The notes under the pieces were generated by a model that saw only the letters and a list, made by a program, of their open reading frames with translations, made no database searches and had not been told where the DNA came from. Below are positions 40,585-50,900 of a DNA stretch of 64,000 nucleotides, in pieces; the stretch's first letter is position 1; every line of letters starts with the position of its first letter. This stretch comes from Bacteroidetes bacterium OLB10 (GTDB lineage Bacteria; Bacteroidota; Bacteroidia; AKYH767-A; OLB10): the NCBI GenBank assembly GCA_001567275.1, contig LNBX01000025.1:77454-141453 (forward strand). The letters are read 5' to 3'. Made by a program: the position numbers and the translations under genes.

Positions 40585-41006
40585 TACAACTTCAGATTAT
40601 CATTTTCATCAAGTTCCCAAAAGGGATTGTAGGCTACTTCAAATACATAACCATCCAAATCTTTAAAATACCCACTGTATCCTCCCCAGTAAACTTTTTG
40701 CGCAGGCTTAATAATGGTGGCACCGAGTTTTTTAACCTTCTTCAAAACGTCATCTACTTCTTTTTCTGATCTTGTGTTGTGCGAAATAGTAATTCCTGAA
40801 AATTCCGAGTGCTGATATTCAAGTGTTGCGTCCTTGGCAAGTTCATCACGTGGATGCAATGCGAATATGATTCCTCCCAAATCAAACAATGCCAAACCTT
40901 CCAAACTCATTGCTGATTTTTTCCAACCGAGTCCTTTTTCATAAAAAGCTACAGCCCTGTCAAAATTTTCAACACCAAGAGTAATTAAATTCAGTTTTTG
41001 ACGCAT
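40584..41006 (-). CDS. VOC family (glyoxalase/bleomycin-resistance fold) protein
   Basis: 140 aa with a glyoxalase-like beta-alpha-beta-beta-beta repeat. Confidence 0.7.
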   Translation of the reverse strand: MRQKLNLITLGVENFDRAVAFYEKGLGWKKSAMSLEGLALFDLGGIIFALHPRDELAKDATLEYQHSEFSGITISHNTRSEKEVDDVLKKVKKLGATIIKPAQKVYWGGYSGYFKDLDGYVFEVAYNPFWELDENDNLKL

Positions 41007-41018
41007 ACAATCATTCTT

Positions 41019-41369
41019 TCATTGTTTAAACATAACGTAAGAAGTCAGTTTGCTGATTTTCCCGTCTCGGAAATGAAACACATCACAAAATACTGCATCG
41101 ATTTTATTTCCTCCTTTAAGTTTGGCCTGAACTGTTCCTTCTGCTACTACAATGTTTCCTTCTTCAATTAACCTGTTTACACTGATATCCGGATGACCAT
41201 CAGCATTTGGATTCTCAATTTCTTTATCGAAAGCATCTATGCCTTTATGGTGAAAATAACCGGGCATTTCCCACTCTACATCATCTGTTAAGCAAGATAA
41301 AATTTTTTCATGATCAGTCACTGAGAATGCGTCCATGTATTTTTGGACCATCTGTTTTTGTTCACTCAT
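41019..41369 (-). CDS. NTF2-like/SnoaL-like small protein
   Basis: 116 aa with a ketosteroid-isomerase-like pattern. Confidence 0.55.
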   Translation of the reverse strand: MSEQKQMVQKYMDAFSVTDHEKILSCLTDDVEWEMPGYFHHKGIDAFDKEIENPNADGHPDISVNRLIEEGNIVVAEGTVQAKLKGGNKIDAVFCDVFHFRDGKISKLTSYVMFKQ

Positions 41370-41462
41370 AAAATATAATTTAGATTTCTAAAGTAAAAGT
41401 ATCAGATTTATTTCAGTCTGCATGTAACAATCTGAATACTCCGTTGAATTAAATATTCAATA

Positions 41463-42296
41463 TCACCAACCACCTGATGCACCACCACCACCGGTGCTGC
41501 CACCGCCAAAACCTCCGAAGCCACCACTGCTTCCTCCTCCCCATGATGAATCTCCACCCCATGAAGAGCCCCCACCCCAGTTGCTGCCTCTGTTTCCACG
41601 GTTGGCTCTGTCAGCAGCATTCAGTAGCGTCCATGCTGTCCAGAATCCAATACTATTTAATCTTGCATAGCGCCTTACGCGAGCTATACGAACAGAAAAA
41701 ATCAAGAAGAATATTGCCAAGACCATAAGAATAGCAGGCAATATAGAATCCTGTCCATTGCTACTGTAACTTTCATCGGCAGTAAACTCTCCTTTTACAC
41801 GCTGCATCATTTCAGTAGTAGCAGCATCCAACCCTTCATAATAATTTTGCTCTTTGAACTCAGGTTTAATTACCAACTCAATGATGCGTTTGCATATTGC
41901 GTCAGGCAGAGAACCTTCCAGTCCGTAACCTGTGATGATGGTCATTCTTCTGTCGGACATTGCTGCGAGGATGAGTGCACCATTGTCTTTTCCTTTTTGT
42001 CCTATACCCCAATCCCTGTAAAGTGCAATAGCATAATCATCCACAGGATAAATGCCTGTACTTTGAATCAGTACGATAGCAATTTGAGTTGAAGTACTGT
42101 CGTTAAAAGCAACAAGTTTATTCTCGAGTGCGTCCCTTTGTTCAGCAGAAAGAACACCTGCAAAATCATTAACTAATTTTGGCGGATTGGGTTTAGGAGG
42201 CAGTTCCTGAGCTGAAACAAGATGCGTAAACAGCATTGTGAGAAACAATGCTACCATACATGAAAGTTTTTTTTTCAGCATGATTTTATTCTCCAA
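41463..42296 (-). CDS. TPM domain-containing protein with TM segment and Gly/Ser/Trp-rich C-terminal tail
   Basis: Signal peptide, TPM (TLP18.3/Psb32/MOLO-1) phosphatase-like domain, TM helix, then the tail GGSSWGGDSSWGGGSSGGFGGFGGG…. Confidence 0.75.
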   Translation of the reverse strand: MENKIMLKKKLSCMVALFLTMLFTHLVSAQELPPKPNPPKLVNDFAGVLSAEQRDALENKLVAFNDSTSTQIAIVLIQSTGIYPVDDYAIALYRDWGIGQKGKDNGALILAAMSDRRMTIITGYGLEGSLPDAICKRIIELVIKPEFKEQNYYEGLDAATTEMMQRVKGEFTADESYSSNGQDSILPAILMVLAIFFLIFSVRIARVRRYARLNSIGFWTAWTLLNAADRANRGNRGSNWGGGSSWGGDSSWGGGSSGGFGGFGGGSTGGGGASGGW

Positions 42297-42726
42297 ATAT
42301 CACATCGTTAGGCAACTCGTTTACATCGTCTTTAGTTACAGGAAAATGTATTTTCAGTTTCTTTCCTGTTTCGTCAATCGCATGCAATAGTCCTCCGGTG
42401 TAGTCTTGCCTTTTGAAAAAAGGAATCATTTCAGATTTTACTTTCTCCCAAAAATTCTGACTCACATGCTGATGAATACCGCTATCGCCAATTATTGCAA
42501 ACTGACGCATTTCAATAGCAACATAAATGAGCACTCCATTATGCAAAAGTGTTTCATGCATCTTCAGTGTTTCAAAAATTTCAGCTGCACGGTCGAGCAC
42601 ATCACCTTTAATGGTGCTGTCAATATAAACACGTATTTCTCCGGTGGTATGCTTTTCGTTACGTGCTATGGCATTTTTCAGCAACATTTGTTGCTCTTCT
42701 GAAAAATACGAAGCTGCAACGGCCAT
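42286..42726 (-). CDS. TPM domain-containing protein (second copy, soluble)
   Basis: 146 aa with a TPM fold motif. Overlaps its downstream neighbour. Confidence 0.7.
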   Translation of the reverse strand: MAVAASYFSEEQQMLLKNAIARNEKHTTGEIRVYIDSTIKGDVLDRAAEIFETLKMHETLLHNGVLIYVAIEMRQFAIIGDSGIHQHVSQNFWEKVKSEMIPFFKRQDYTGGLLHAIDETGKKLKIHFPVTKDDVNELPNDVIFGE

Positions 42727-42728
42727 AA

Positions 42729-43319
42729 TCAGAATTTAACCTCAGGTGCTTTTTCAGCGCCTTTATCCGACTGGAAATAACCCTTCTGACTGAACCCAAA
42801 CATTCCTGCCAACAAGGTTTGTGGAAACCTGCGTATATAAGTATTGAATGTTTGTGCCGCATCATTAAAATCTTTTCGTGCAACAGCTATGCGTCTTTCT
42901 GTTCCTTCAAGTGTAGCCTGTAGTTCCAAAAAGTTTTGGTTAGCTTTTAAGTTAGGATAATTTTCTACAACCATAAGCAGTCTGCCAAGTGCAGTGCTCA
43001 ACTGTCCCTGAGCTGCCTGAAATTTCTGAATATTTTCAGGAGTAAGTTGGCTGGGATCAACCTTTACCTGTGTAGCACTGGCACGTGCTTCCACTACAGC
43101 AGTAAGTGTACCTTTTTCAAATTCGGCAGCACCCTTTACGGTGTTCACCAGATTAGGGATAAGATCCATTCGCTGCTGATATTGGTTTTCAACCTGTGCC
43201 CACTTATTTTTGACATTCTCATCTTCTGAGACCATCTGATTATAAGAACCTGCAAAAAAGCGGTAGATAATAAATACGATTAGGAGAATAACTCCTATAA
43301 TAATAAATGATCGTTTCAT
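42729..43319 (-). CDS. lemA: LemA family protein
   Basis: 196 aa, N-terminal TM and the LemA signature (NQYQQRMDLIPNLV). Confidence 0.85.
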   Translation of the reverse strand: MKRSFIIIGVILLIVFIIYRFFAGSYNQMVSEDENVKNKWAQVENQYQQRMDLIPNLVNTVKGAAEFEKGTLTAVVEARASATQVKVDPSQLTPENIQKFQAAQGQLSTALGRLLMVVENYPNLKANQNFLELQATLEGTERRIAVARKDFNDAAQTFNTYIRRFPQTLLAGMFGFSQKGYFQSDKGAEKAPEVKF

Positions 43320-43498
43320 ACGTAATGATTTATTGGTTTGTAAGTTAACGCGCCAAATGTATCGGATGCTAAAATATAATTTTTGTCAATTCGGTTAATG
43401 ACGTATTTTTTTAGGTGAATATTCTTTTTTTAAGGACGATTAACAGGCTTTATAAGCCATTCAAATTTAGTAACATTGCAATCTTTACAATTTGAACA

Positions 43499-43774
43499 AT
43501 GACAAAGAGTTATGCCATCACGGTAAGCGGGAAAGTACAGGGAGTTTTTTTCAGGAAATTTACGAAAGAAAAAGCCGTTGAATCAGGGTTGAATGGATTT
43601 GTGAGAAATCAAAATGACGGCTCCGTTTACATAGAAGTTACCGGTGAAGAAACTGTGCTTGAAGATTTCATTCAATGGTGCCATACCGGATCGCCTCAGT
43701 CAGTTGTTAAGGAAGTTACTGTAAAAGAAATTTCCACTATGCACCAACAATCCTTTCGCATACGATACTTTTGA
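43499..43774 (+). CDS. acyP: acylphosphatase
   Basis: 91 aa with VSGKVQGVFFR and GFVRNQNDGSV motifs. Confidence 0.85.
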   Translation: MTKSYAITVSGKVQGVFFRKFTKEKAVESGLNGFVRNQNDGSVYIEVTGEETVLEDFIQWCHTGSPQSVVKEVTVKEISTMHQQSFRIRYF

Positions 43775-43817
43775 AGCATTAATCATATCAGTTAAAGCAA
43801 CTCCAATACAATCAGGA

Positions 43818-45347
43818 ATGAGTGGAATACGCAAACTTGCAGGGCAAACAGCCATATATGGCTTAAGCAGCATTGTAGGACGTATGCTCAATTACCTGCT
43901 GGTTCCGTTTTATACACGTATTTTTTCGCCTGTGGAGTATGGTATAGTATCTGAACTCTACTCCTACTCTGCTTTCTTACTCATTCTGTTTACCTACGGT
44001 ATGGAAACTGCCTTTTTCAATTTTATGCAGAAGGAGAAAGACAATAAAAATGTTTATGCCACCAGTTTGTCATCAGTAGTATTTACCACAGTCATTCTAT
44101 CAGGACTGATGATAGCTTTCTCAGACCACCTCGCTTCACTCATTCGTTATCCGGGCAAAGGAGAATTTATAACGTGGCTGGCACTGATCATAGCATTTGA
44201 TGCCATTACTTCCATTCCTTTTGCGCGATTACGGCAACAAAACAAAGCGGTAAAATTCGCTGTAATCAAAATCATAAATATTCTGCTCAATATCGGGTTT
44301 AACATTTTCTTCCTTGTAGGTTGCCAGGTATGGGTAAAAGGTGATCATGGAATCTTATCACAACTGGCAGTTACGTTTTATTCACCTTCCATTGGTGTAG
44401 GCTATGTTTTCCTTTCCAATGTATTGGCAAGCGGATTTACTGTACTTCTTTTATTCCGTGAATATCGCTATTTCACTTTTCAGATTGACAAAGTTCTCCT
44501 CAGGAATATGTTTGTTTATGCACTGCCGCTGATGATTGCCGGATTTGCAGGAATGATTAATGAAACTCTTGACCGTGCTATTTATAAATTTATTGCTCCC
44601 AATCCTGATACAGCACTTCGCGAACTGGGTATTTACAGTGCCTGCTATAAACTAAGTATTATCATGACCTTGTTTATCCAGACTTTCCGATATGCAGCAG
44701 AGCCTTTCTTCTTTGCACAACATAAGCAGGATAATCAGCGCAGTGTTTATGCACTTGTGATGACCTACTTCGTCATTACGTGCTCCGTAATTTTTCTTGC
44801 AGTAATGTTATATCTCGACATTATTCAGTTGTTTATCGGAGAAAAATTCCGCTCAGGACTGGGTGTTGTTCCCATATTGCTGATGGCAAACATGTGTCTT
44901 GGAATATTTTACAACTTAAGCATGTGGTATAAACTTACGGAGCAAACTCAATATGGCGCATACTTCTCTATTTTCGGAGGCATTCTTACAGTTATATTGT
45001 TGTTTGTATTAATTCCTCTGTTCGGCTACATGGGTGCGGCATGGGCAACTTTTATCACCTACTTTGCCATGATGATACTTTCGTATGTAACCGGCCAGAA
45101 AAATTACCCCATACCTTATAAAGTAAAAGATGATTTCATCACGGTAGTGCTTGCACTGATGTGTTATGGTATCGCTTATTCTGTACAGTCTTTATTTCAT
45201 TATAAAGGGGTTTTGCTTTGGGTAATAAACACCCTGTTTCTCTTTGCATATCTTTACACTATTTATAGAATCAATCTTCCTGATCTCAAAATTCGACCCT
45301 CTAAACAACAGGCTACACCTGCTAACACTTATAAAAAAACGGATTAA
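43818..45347 (+). CDS. polysaccharide biosynthesis protein / Wzx-like oligosaccharide flippase (MOP superfamily)
   Basis: 509 aa with about 14 TM helices. Confidence 0.65.
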   Translation: MSGIRKLAGQTAIYGLSSIVGRMLNYLLVPFYTRIFSPVEYGIVSELYSYSAFLLILFTYGMETAFFNFMQKEKDNKNVYATSLSSVVFTTVILSGLMIAFSDHLASLIRYPGKGEFITWLALIIAFDAITSIPFARLRQQNKAVKFAVIKIINILLNIGFNIFFLVGCQVWVKGDHGILSQLAVTFYSPSIGVGYVFLSNVLASGFTVLLLFREYRYFTFQIDKVLLRNMFVYALPLMIAGFAGMINETLDRAIYKFIAPNPDTALRELGIYSACYKLSIIMTLFIQTFRYAAEPFFFAQHKQDNQRSVYALVMTYFVITCSVIFLAVMLYLDIIQLFIGEKFRSGLGVVPILLMANMCLGIFYNLSMWYKLTEQTQYGAYFSIFGGILTVILLFVLIPLFGYMGAAWATFITYFAMMILSYVTGQKNYPIPYKVKDDFITVVLALMCYGIAYSVQSLFHYKGVLLWVINTLFLFAYLYTIYRINLPDLKIRPSKQQATPANTYKKTD

Positions 45348-45407
45348 CCAAGGATTAACAAATCATTTACTCCTATTGAATATTTTTACCAACTGAAAAC
45401 TTCTGTC

Positions 45408-45851
45408 ATGCCTGATATACTCCACATTAAAATCATCAACCAATCTGAACATGCATTGCCTGCTTATGAAACTGCTCATGCAGCAGGTATGGATTTAAGA
45501 GCTAACTTAAAACAGGATATAGAACTTAAACCAATGGAACGTAGCATCATCCCAACAGGTTTGTTTATTGAATTGCCTGTAGGTTACGAAGCCCAGATAC
45601 GACCACGCAGCGGACTTGCTGCCAAACATGGAATAACTGTACTCAACACTCCGGGAACAATTGATGCTGATTACAGAGGAGAGATTAAAGTAATACTGAT
45701 AAACCTGTCAACTGAATCATTTGTTATTAAAAACGGAGAACGTATTGCACAGATGGTTATCGCTTCGCATGAACGGGCCAACTGGATTGCATCTGATACA
45801 TTATCTGAATCAGAAAGAGGTGCAGGAGGTTTTGGTCATACTGGCAAATAA
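45408..45851 (+). CDS. dut: dUTP diphosphatase
   Basis: 147 aa with dUTPase motifs ([21 protein letters not shown]). Confidence 0.9.
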   Translation: MPDILHIKIINQSEHALPAYETAHAAGMDLRANLKQDIELKPMERSIIPTGLFIELPVGYEAQIRPRSGLAAKHGITVLNTPGTIDADYRGEIKVILINLSTESFVIKNGERIAQMVIASHERANWIASDTLSESERGAGGFGHTGK

Positions 45852-45927
45852 TAACTGCAACATTTTCACATAAACTTAAAATTGTTTAAAAAGTAAGATT
45901 GTTATTTTTGAAACGTTAAAAAATATT

Positions 45928-46665
45928 GTGAGCGAATCATTAGTTATCATACCCACCTACAACGAGAAGGAAAACATCCAGAAAATAATCAAGGCTGTTT
46001 TCAATCTTATCAATTCATTTCATGTATTGGTGATTGATGACAACTCCGAAGATGGAACTGCAGACCTTGTTAAGCAACTGATGGTTCAGTTTCCTGATTC
46101 ACTTTTTTTAGAGCAACGCCCGGGAAAGCTTGGACTTGGAACAGCATATATTCATGGATTCAAATGGGCACTGCAGCGCAACTATCAGTATATTTTTGAG
46201 ATGGATGCCGATTTTTCTCACAACCCTTCTGATTTGATGAGACTGCTCGATGCCTGTAAAAACGGAAAAGCTGATTTGGCTATCGGTTCACGTTATATCA
46301 ATGGTGTGAATGTAGTCAACTGGCCTATAGGCAGAGTGATTATGTCGTATTATGCCAGTGCCTATGTGCGCATGATTACACGAATGCCGGTGCGTGATGC
46401 CACTGCAGGCTTTAAGTGTTACAGACGACATGTACTGGAAGTAATTGATCTTTCTAAAATAAAATTTATGGGATATGCCTTTCAGATTGAAATGAAATTT
46501 GCTGCCTGGCGTTGCGGTTTCCGCATTGTCGAAGTTCCCATTGTTTTTACCGATCGCACCGAAGGAAAATCCAAAATGAGTTCAGGAATTTTCAAAGAAG
46601 CATTTTTCGGAGTGCTGCAGATGAAAATAAAAAGCTGGTTTGGCAGCTATAAAAAAACTAATTAA
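45928..46665 (+). CDS. GT2 family polyprenol-phosphate mannosyltransferase-like glycosyltransferase
   Basis: 245 aa with a Dpm1-like DDNSEDGT / DAD motif. Confidence 0.8.
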   Translation: MSESLVIIPTYNEKENIQKIIKAVFNLINSFHVLVIDDNSEDGTADLVKQLMVQFPDSLFLEQRPGKLGLGTAYIHGFKWALQRNYQYIFEMDADFSHNPSDLMRLLDACKNGKADLAIGSRYINGVNVVNWPIGRVIMSYYASAYVRMITRMPVRDATAGFKCYRRHVLEVIDLSKIKFMGYAFQIEMKFAAWRCGFRIVEVPIVFTDRTEGKSKMSSGIFKEAFFGVLQMKIKSWFGSYKKTN

Positions 46666-47750
46666 ACAAATTTTTCGCCTTTGTTGGTTTTTACGTCATT
46701 CACAAACTGACGTATCTGTTGTTCGTCCTGCTTGCGGCATACCAGCAGAATATTTTCAGATTCTACCACAATATAATCGTTGAGTCCCTGGAGTACAACA
46801 AGTTTTTCATGAGGCACACTTACAACACAGTTGGAAGAGTCATATAGCATAACATTTTTCCCTACAACAGCATTTTTAGCTGCATCGTGAGGCAGATGCT
46901 CATATAAAGAACCATAAGTACCCAAATCACTCCAACCAAATTCTGCTTTCATCACATAAACATTGCTTGCCTTTTCCATAATTCCAAAATCAATACTAAT
47001 GTTTGTACATTGCGAATAAGCTCTTTTTACAAACTCTGTTTCGTTATCGGTATAATATTTTCCCTTTCCTTCTTCAAAAATATGATACATATCGGGCAAA
47101 TAATTCTTCAGTGCTTTAAGAATTGATTTTACATTCCACATGAAGATGCCTGCGTTCCAGACAAACTCTCCTGTTTTAAGAAAAAACTGCGCCATTTCAA
47201 GATTTGGCTTTTCTGTAAAAGTTTTTACTTTAAAAACAGAACTGTTGCTATTCTTTTTGTCATCAACAAACTGAATATATCCATAACCGGTATCAGGCCT
47301 ACTTGGCGTGATTCCAATGGTAAGCAAACAGTCACTTTCCCTGGTAAAATTTAATCCTTCTTTAACTGTTTCAATAAAAGCATCTTCCTTGGTAATGACG
47401 TGATCAGAAGGAGCTACAATAATATTGGCATCAGGGTTTTTTGAAGCAATTTTAAATGCAGCATACGATACACAGGGAGCAGTATTACGTCTGAGTGGTT
47501 CTCCAAGAATATTTTCCACAGGCAAATCAGGAAGATTCTTTTTTACCAGATCAACATACGACTCATTTGTTACAATGAGAATATTTTCTTTTGGGCAAAT
47601 CTGTGTAAACCGGTTATAGGTTTGTTGCAACAATGTTTTGCCGCTATCAAGTATGTCAAGAAACTGTTTTGGAAAAGCATTGCGGCTCATAGGCCAGAAA
47701 CGGCTTCCAATGCCGCCCGCCATAATCACGCAGTAGTTATTCTTATTCAT
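46662..47750 (-). CDS. manC: mannose-1-phosphate guanylyltransferase
   Basis: 362 aa with the nucleotidyltransferase motif VIMAGGIGSRFWP. Convergent 4-nt overlap with the GT2 gene. Confidence 0.8.
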   Translation of the reverse strand: MNKNNYCVIMAGGIGSRFWPMSRNAFPKQFLDILDSGKTLLQQTYNRFTQICPKENILIVTNESYVDLVKKNLPDLPVENILGEPLRRNTAPCVSYAAFKIASKNPDANIIVAPSDHVITKEDAFIETVKEGLNFTRESDCLLTIGITPSRPDTGYGYIQFVDDKKNSNSSVFKVKTFTEKPNLEMAQFFLKTGEFVWNAGIFMWNVKSILKALKNYLPDMYHIFEEGKGKYYTDNETEFVKRAYSQCTNISIDFGIMEKASNVYVMKAEFGWSDLGTYGSLYEHLPHDAAKNAVVGKNVMLYDSSNCVVSVPHEKLVVLQGLNDYIVVESENILLVCRKQDEQQIRQFVNDVKTNKGEKFV

Positions 47751-47916
47751 GATGTATTAAGGTAATGGTGGTTTAATGTTTAAATGCAAAAAAATCAAAA
47801 TTTATCCTTTAAACGTAAACAAAGTCATTTTAGTTATCAACGCAGTTTGTTAAATTTTTCAGTCTTGAAAATGTAAAGCTATGATATTAACTGATAGAAA
47901 TGCAAATGATTAAAAT

Positions 47917-47949
47917 CAGAAAGGCTGCCTTAAACAGACAGCCTTTCTG
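47917..47949 (-). terminator. hairpin terminator downstream of the S8 peptidase gene
   Basis: 11-bp perfect stem CAGAAAGGCTG/CAGCCTTTCTG with an 11-nt loop. A/T-rich tail on the minus strand. Confidence 0.6.
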
Positions 47950-47968
47950 AAATATGCATATTACAAAT

Positions 47969-50900
47969 TTAATTCTTAATCAAACGAAACATTTTAGTTT
48001 GTGCAACACCTGTCATTTTGAGCGTATAAACACCATCTGTGAAATTGCGCATGTCAATCAATTTTTCATTCTGATTTGCAGCAATTATGTCTTTCATAAC
48101 CAACTTGCCACTCAAATCAAATACCTCAACCTGATAAGAACCATGTCCTTGCGGAGTTTGAATTCTGAAAATACCATTGGATGGATTAGGTATGATACTT
48201 ATATTGTCTGATGCTGTCTGCAGGTTATTTACTCCTGTTGTCATATCAATGTTCACATTATCTATATATAATCTGTTCCCAAATCCGTTGATATTGACAA
48301 ACTTTATTACAACATCATCACCCAAATAATTATTCAGCAAAATAGTATCTCTGCGCCATTGCGTTGCAGATGAAGGATAGAACGAAGTATTTAAGGTTCC
48401 TCCTGTAGTGGAAAGGTCCAATCCGCCTTTAAAATATCCTGTTGTTTGAAAAGTATTTCCACAGTCGGTAGAAATATCAACTCTAAGCGTATCACTGTAA
48501 CCGGGTATCGAATATGGTGCATAAGCAACATCAAAAGTTAAAGTTGCTGATGCTGCATTGCTTAATGAAACACTGTATGTAATCAACCCATCCTCTGCAC
48601 CATAACCATTATAACTATAGTTATTTACAAAAGCAGCGTTTGTACTTGTGCCGTAGATACCCGTAATATTTCCACTTTTCGTCCAGGTATAACTGGTGTT
48701 GGAAGAATCAATTGACCAGTATTGCGGAGGGAAACCTGCAGTCTGAAAATCTTCAGTCACCGGTGGCTGTTGTGCCGGAATAATATTAATCATAGAAGCA
48801 ACGGTAGTGGTATCCGCACCAATACCATTAGCAGCAATGAGGGTTACATCATACATACCGGTAGCATTAAACTGCACTTGTGGATTTTGTGAGGATGCAG
48901 AAGTTCCGTTTACAAAAGTTACAGTATTAGGATTGAAACTCCAGTTCCAGGAACTGGGTGCACTGGAACTCAAGTCTGTAAACTGAAACGTTTTTCCTAC
49001 ACATCCTGAACTGAAATTAGATGAAAATGCAACTAATGGAGGAATATTCGGACAATTTATGATTCCGGGTGATTTGTTAACTGCAATAGCTCTTCTTCCT
49101 TTATTTCCATCAGGAAAAACTGCTCTTACACTAAACCAATATGAATTACTTGAACTAAGATTAGTAAATACATAATCTGTTGTGTTACTGGTACCAACAG
49201 AATCCATATACATATTTCCGAGTAAACTTACTTCGTACCATGCCGCACCGGTAACTGCATTCCATGCTATTTTAATAGAGTCAACACATCCATAAACAAC
49301 ATGCAGGTTTTGTGGCACTCCTATTATTGAAAATGGTTCTGTATTCATTCCGCTTACCGTACCGCGTGTCACTCTTACGCGTGCTTCACTGGTTATGGTA
49401 CTTGGAACAGTCCACTGATATTGCAATGTATTCTGACTCACATTACCAATGTTATTCCATGTGGCACCATTGTCAGTGGAATATTCGAGTGTAAATCCTC
49501 CTAATCCTTTGAGTGCATCCCAGCGTAATACTTCTGTTTCACCGGGCACAAATCCTTCTCTTCCTAATGGGTATGTTACAGTGATATCATCCATTCTGTA
49601 TTCATACACAATATAAAATTCCTGTGGACCCTGTGGAATAGCAAAGCCTTTAAGAGAAATTGTGTAACTGCCTGCATCAGGATCGGCAAGTGTTACCTGT
49701 TCCATATTGTTGAGATGGTCAACACCTCTTACTGCAGGAGTATTTAATGCAGTAGTATTTGGTGTGGCATCCAATACCCATGGAGTCCATACTGCAACTG
49801 TAGGATCAGTAACAGTCATATCAATATCATTCACCAGATAAGTTGAAGCAGCAGGTGAACCACCCTGATCATGCCAATAAACCATCACTCTGAAATCTTT
49901 TACATCAACAGGAACATTCACATTGAAGGTTAAACTGTCGCCCTGTGATATGGAACCATGTATAAAGTGATTATCTTCCAGAGTTTTTACGGCACGCAGT
50001 GCGTTTACTCTACCCCATCCATATTTAAAATCAGGTCCGGGATTTCCAATATCTTCCGCACTGTTGAGCAAACATGCTTTTATCAATGCTGTTGGTGCAA
50101 TTGTGTCTGTATATAATTCTTTATAAGCCTGAATCAACTGAGTGGTTATACCTGCAATTCCGGGGCATGCAGCAGACGTTCCGCCTCCCACCTGATAGGT
50201 ATTTCCCTCATCGGTTGACATCTGATCGCGACCATTTGAAGCAATATCAGGTTTGATACGTCCGTCAGAAGCAGGGCCTATGCTGCTGCTGGGATCTATT
50301 ACTTCCATAGCATCAAGATTAGCAACTGCAATCACATTCTTACCTTGTTTGTAGCCGCCTGTAATATTTCCCCAACTGCCTCCTGCGCCATAGCCGCAGT
50401 TGGCGCCATTGTTATTTCCTGCAGAAAAAACAAATTCTAATTGTCCGTTATCATGAATGGTCTGATCTCCAAACTGAGTATCTGTTGTATATTCATTACA
50501 TCCCTGCGAATAGCTGGTAGAGGTAACTACTGTTTTTATCGTATCATAATTGGCAACAGCATTCAGAATGTGGGTATAACCTGAGATGTCAAAAACATAA
50601 AGTTGAACACCATCTGCCATACCTCTGTAAACAGGATTGAGATTTGCTGCACCTGCAAGAATACCACTGGTCATATCACCATGAGTCTGACCTGTACCTG
50701 TTGCATAATTTGTTATTCTGCCTGTAAAATCAATGTGTGGTCCTACAAAACCATCATCAGCCAACGCTGCTGCCACTCCGTTGCCATTGTATTTTCTACC
50801 CATAATCAGGTCATTGTTTATAGCATTGCTGCGATGAAGGCTGCGTCCCATAGTATCATCCTTAACTGATGGAGGGGCTGTGAGTGATACAAAAAACACC

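Noticed and set aside
41408-41728. His-rich ORFs (MHHHHRCCH…, 41477-41728 and 41408-41620) suggestive of a metal-binding peptide
   Set aside because: They are reverse-strand or alternate-frame translations of the GGT/GGC-rich codons encoding the Gly-rich tail of the TPM protein.
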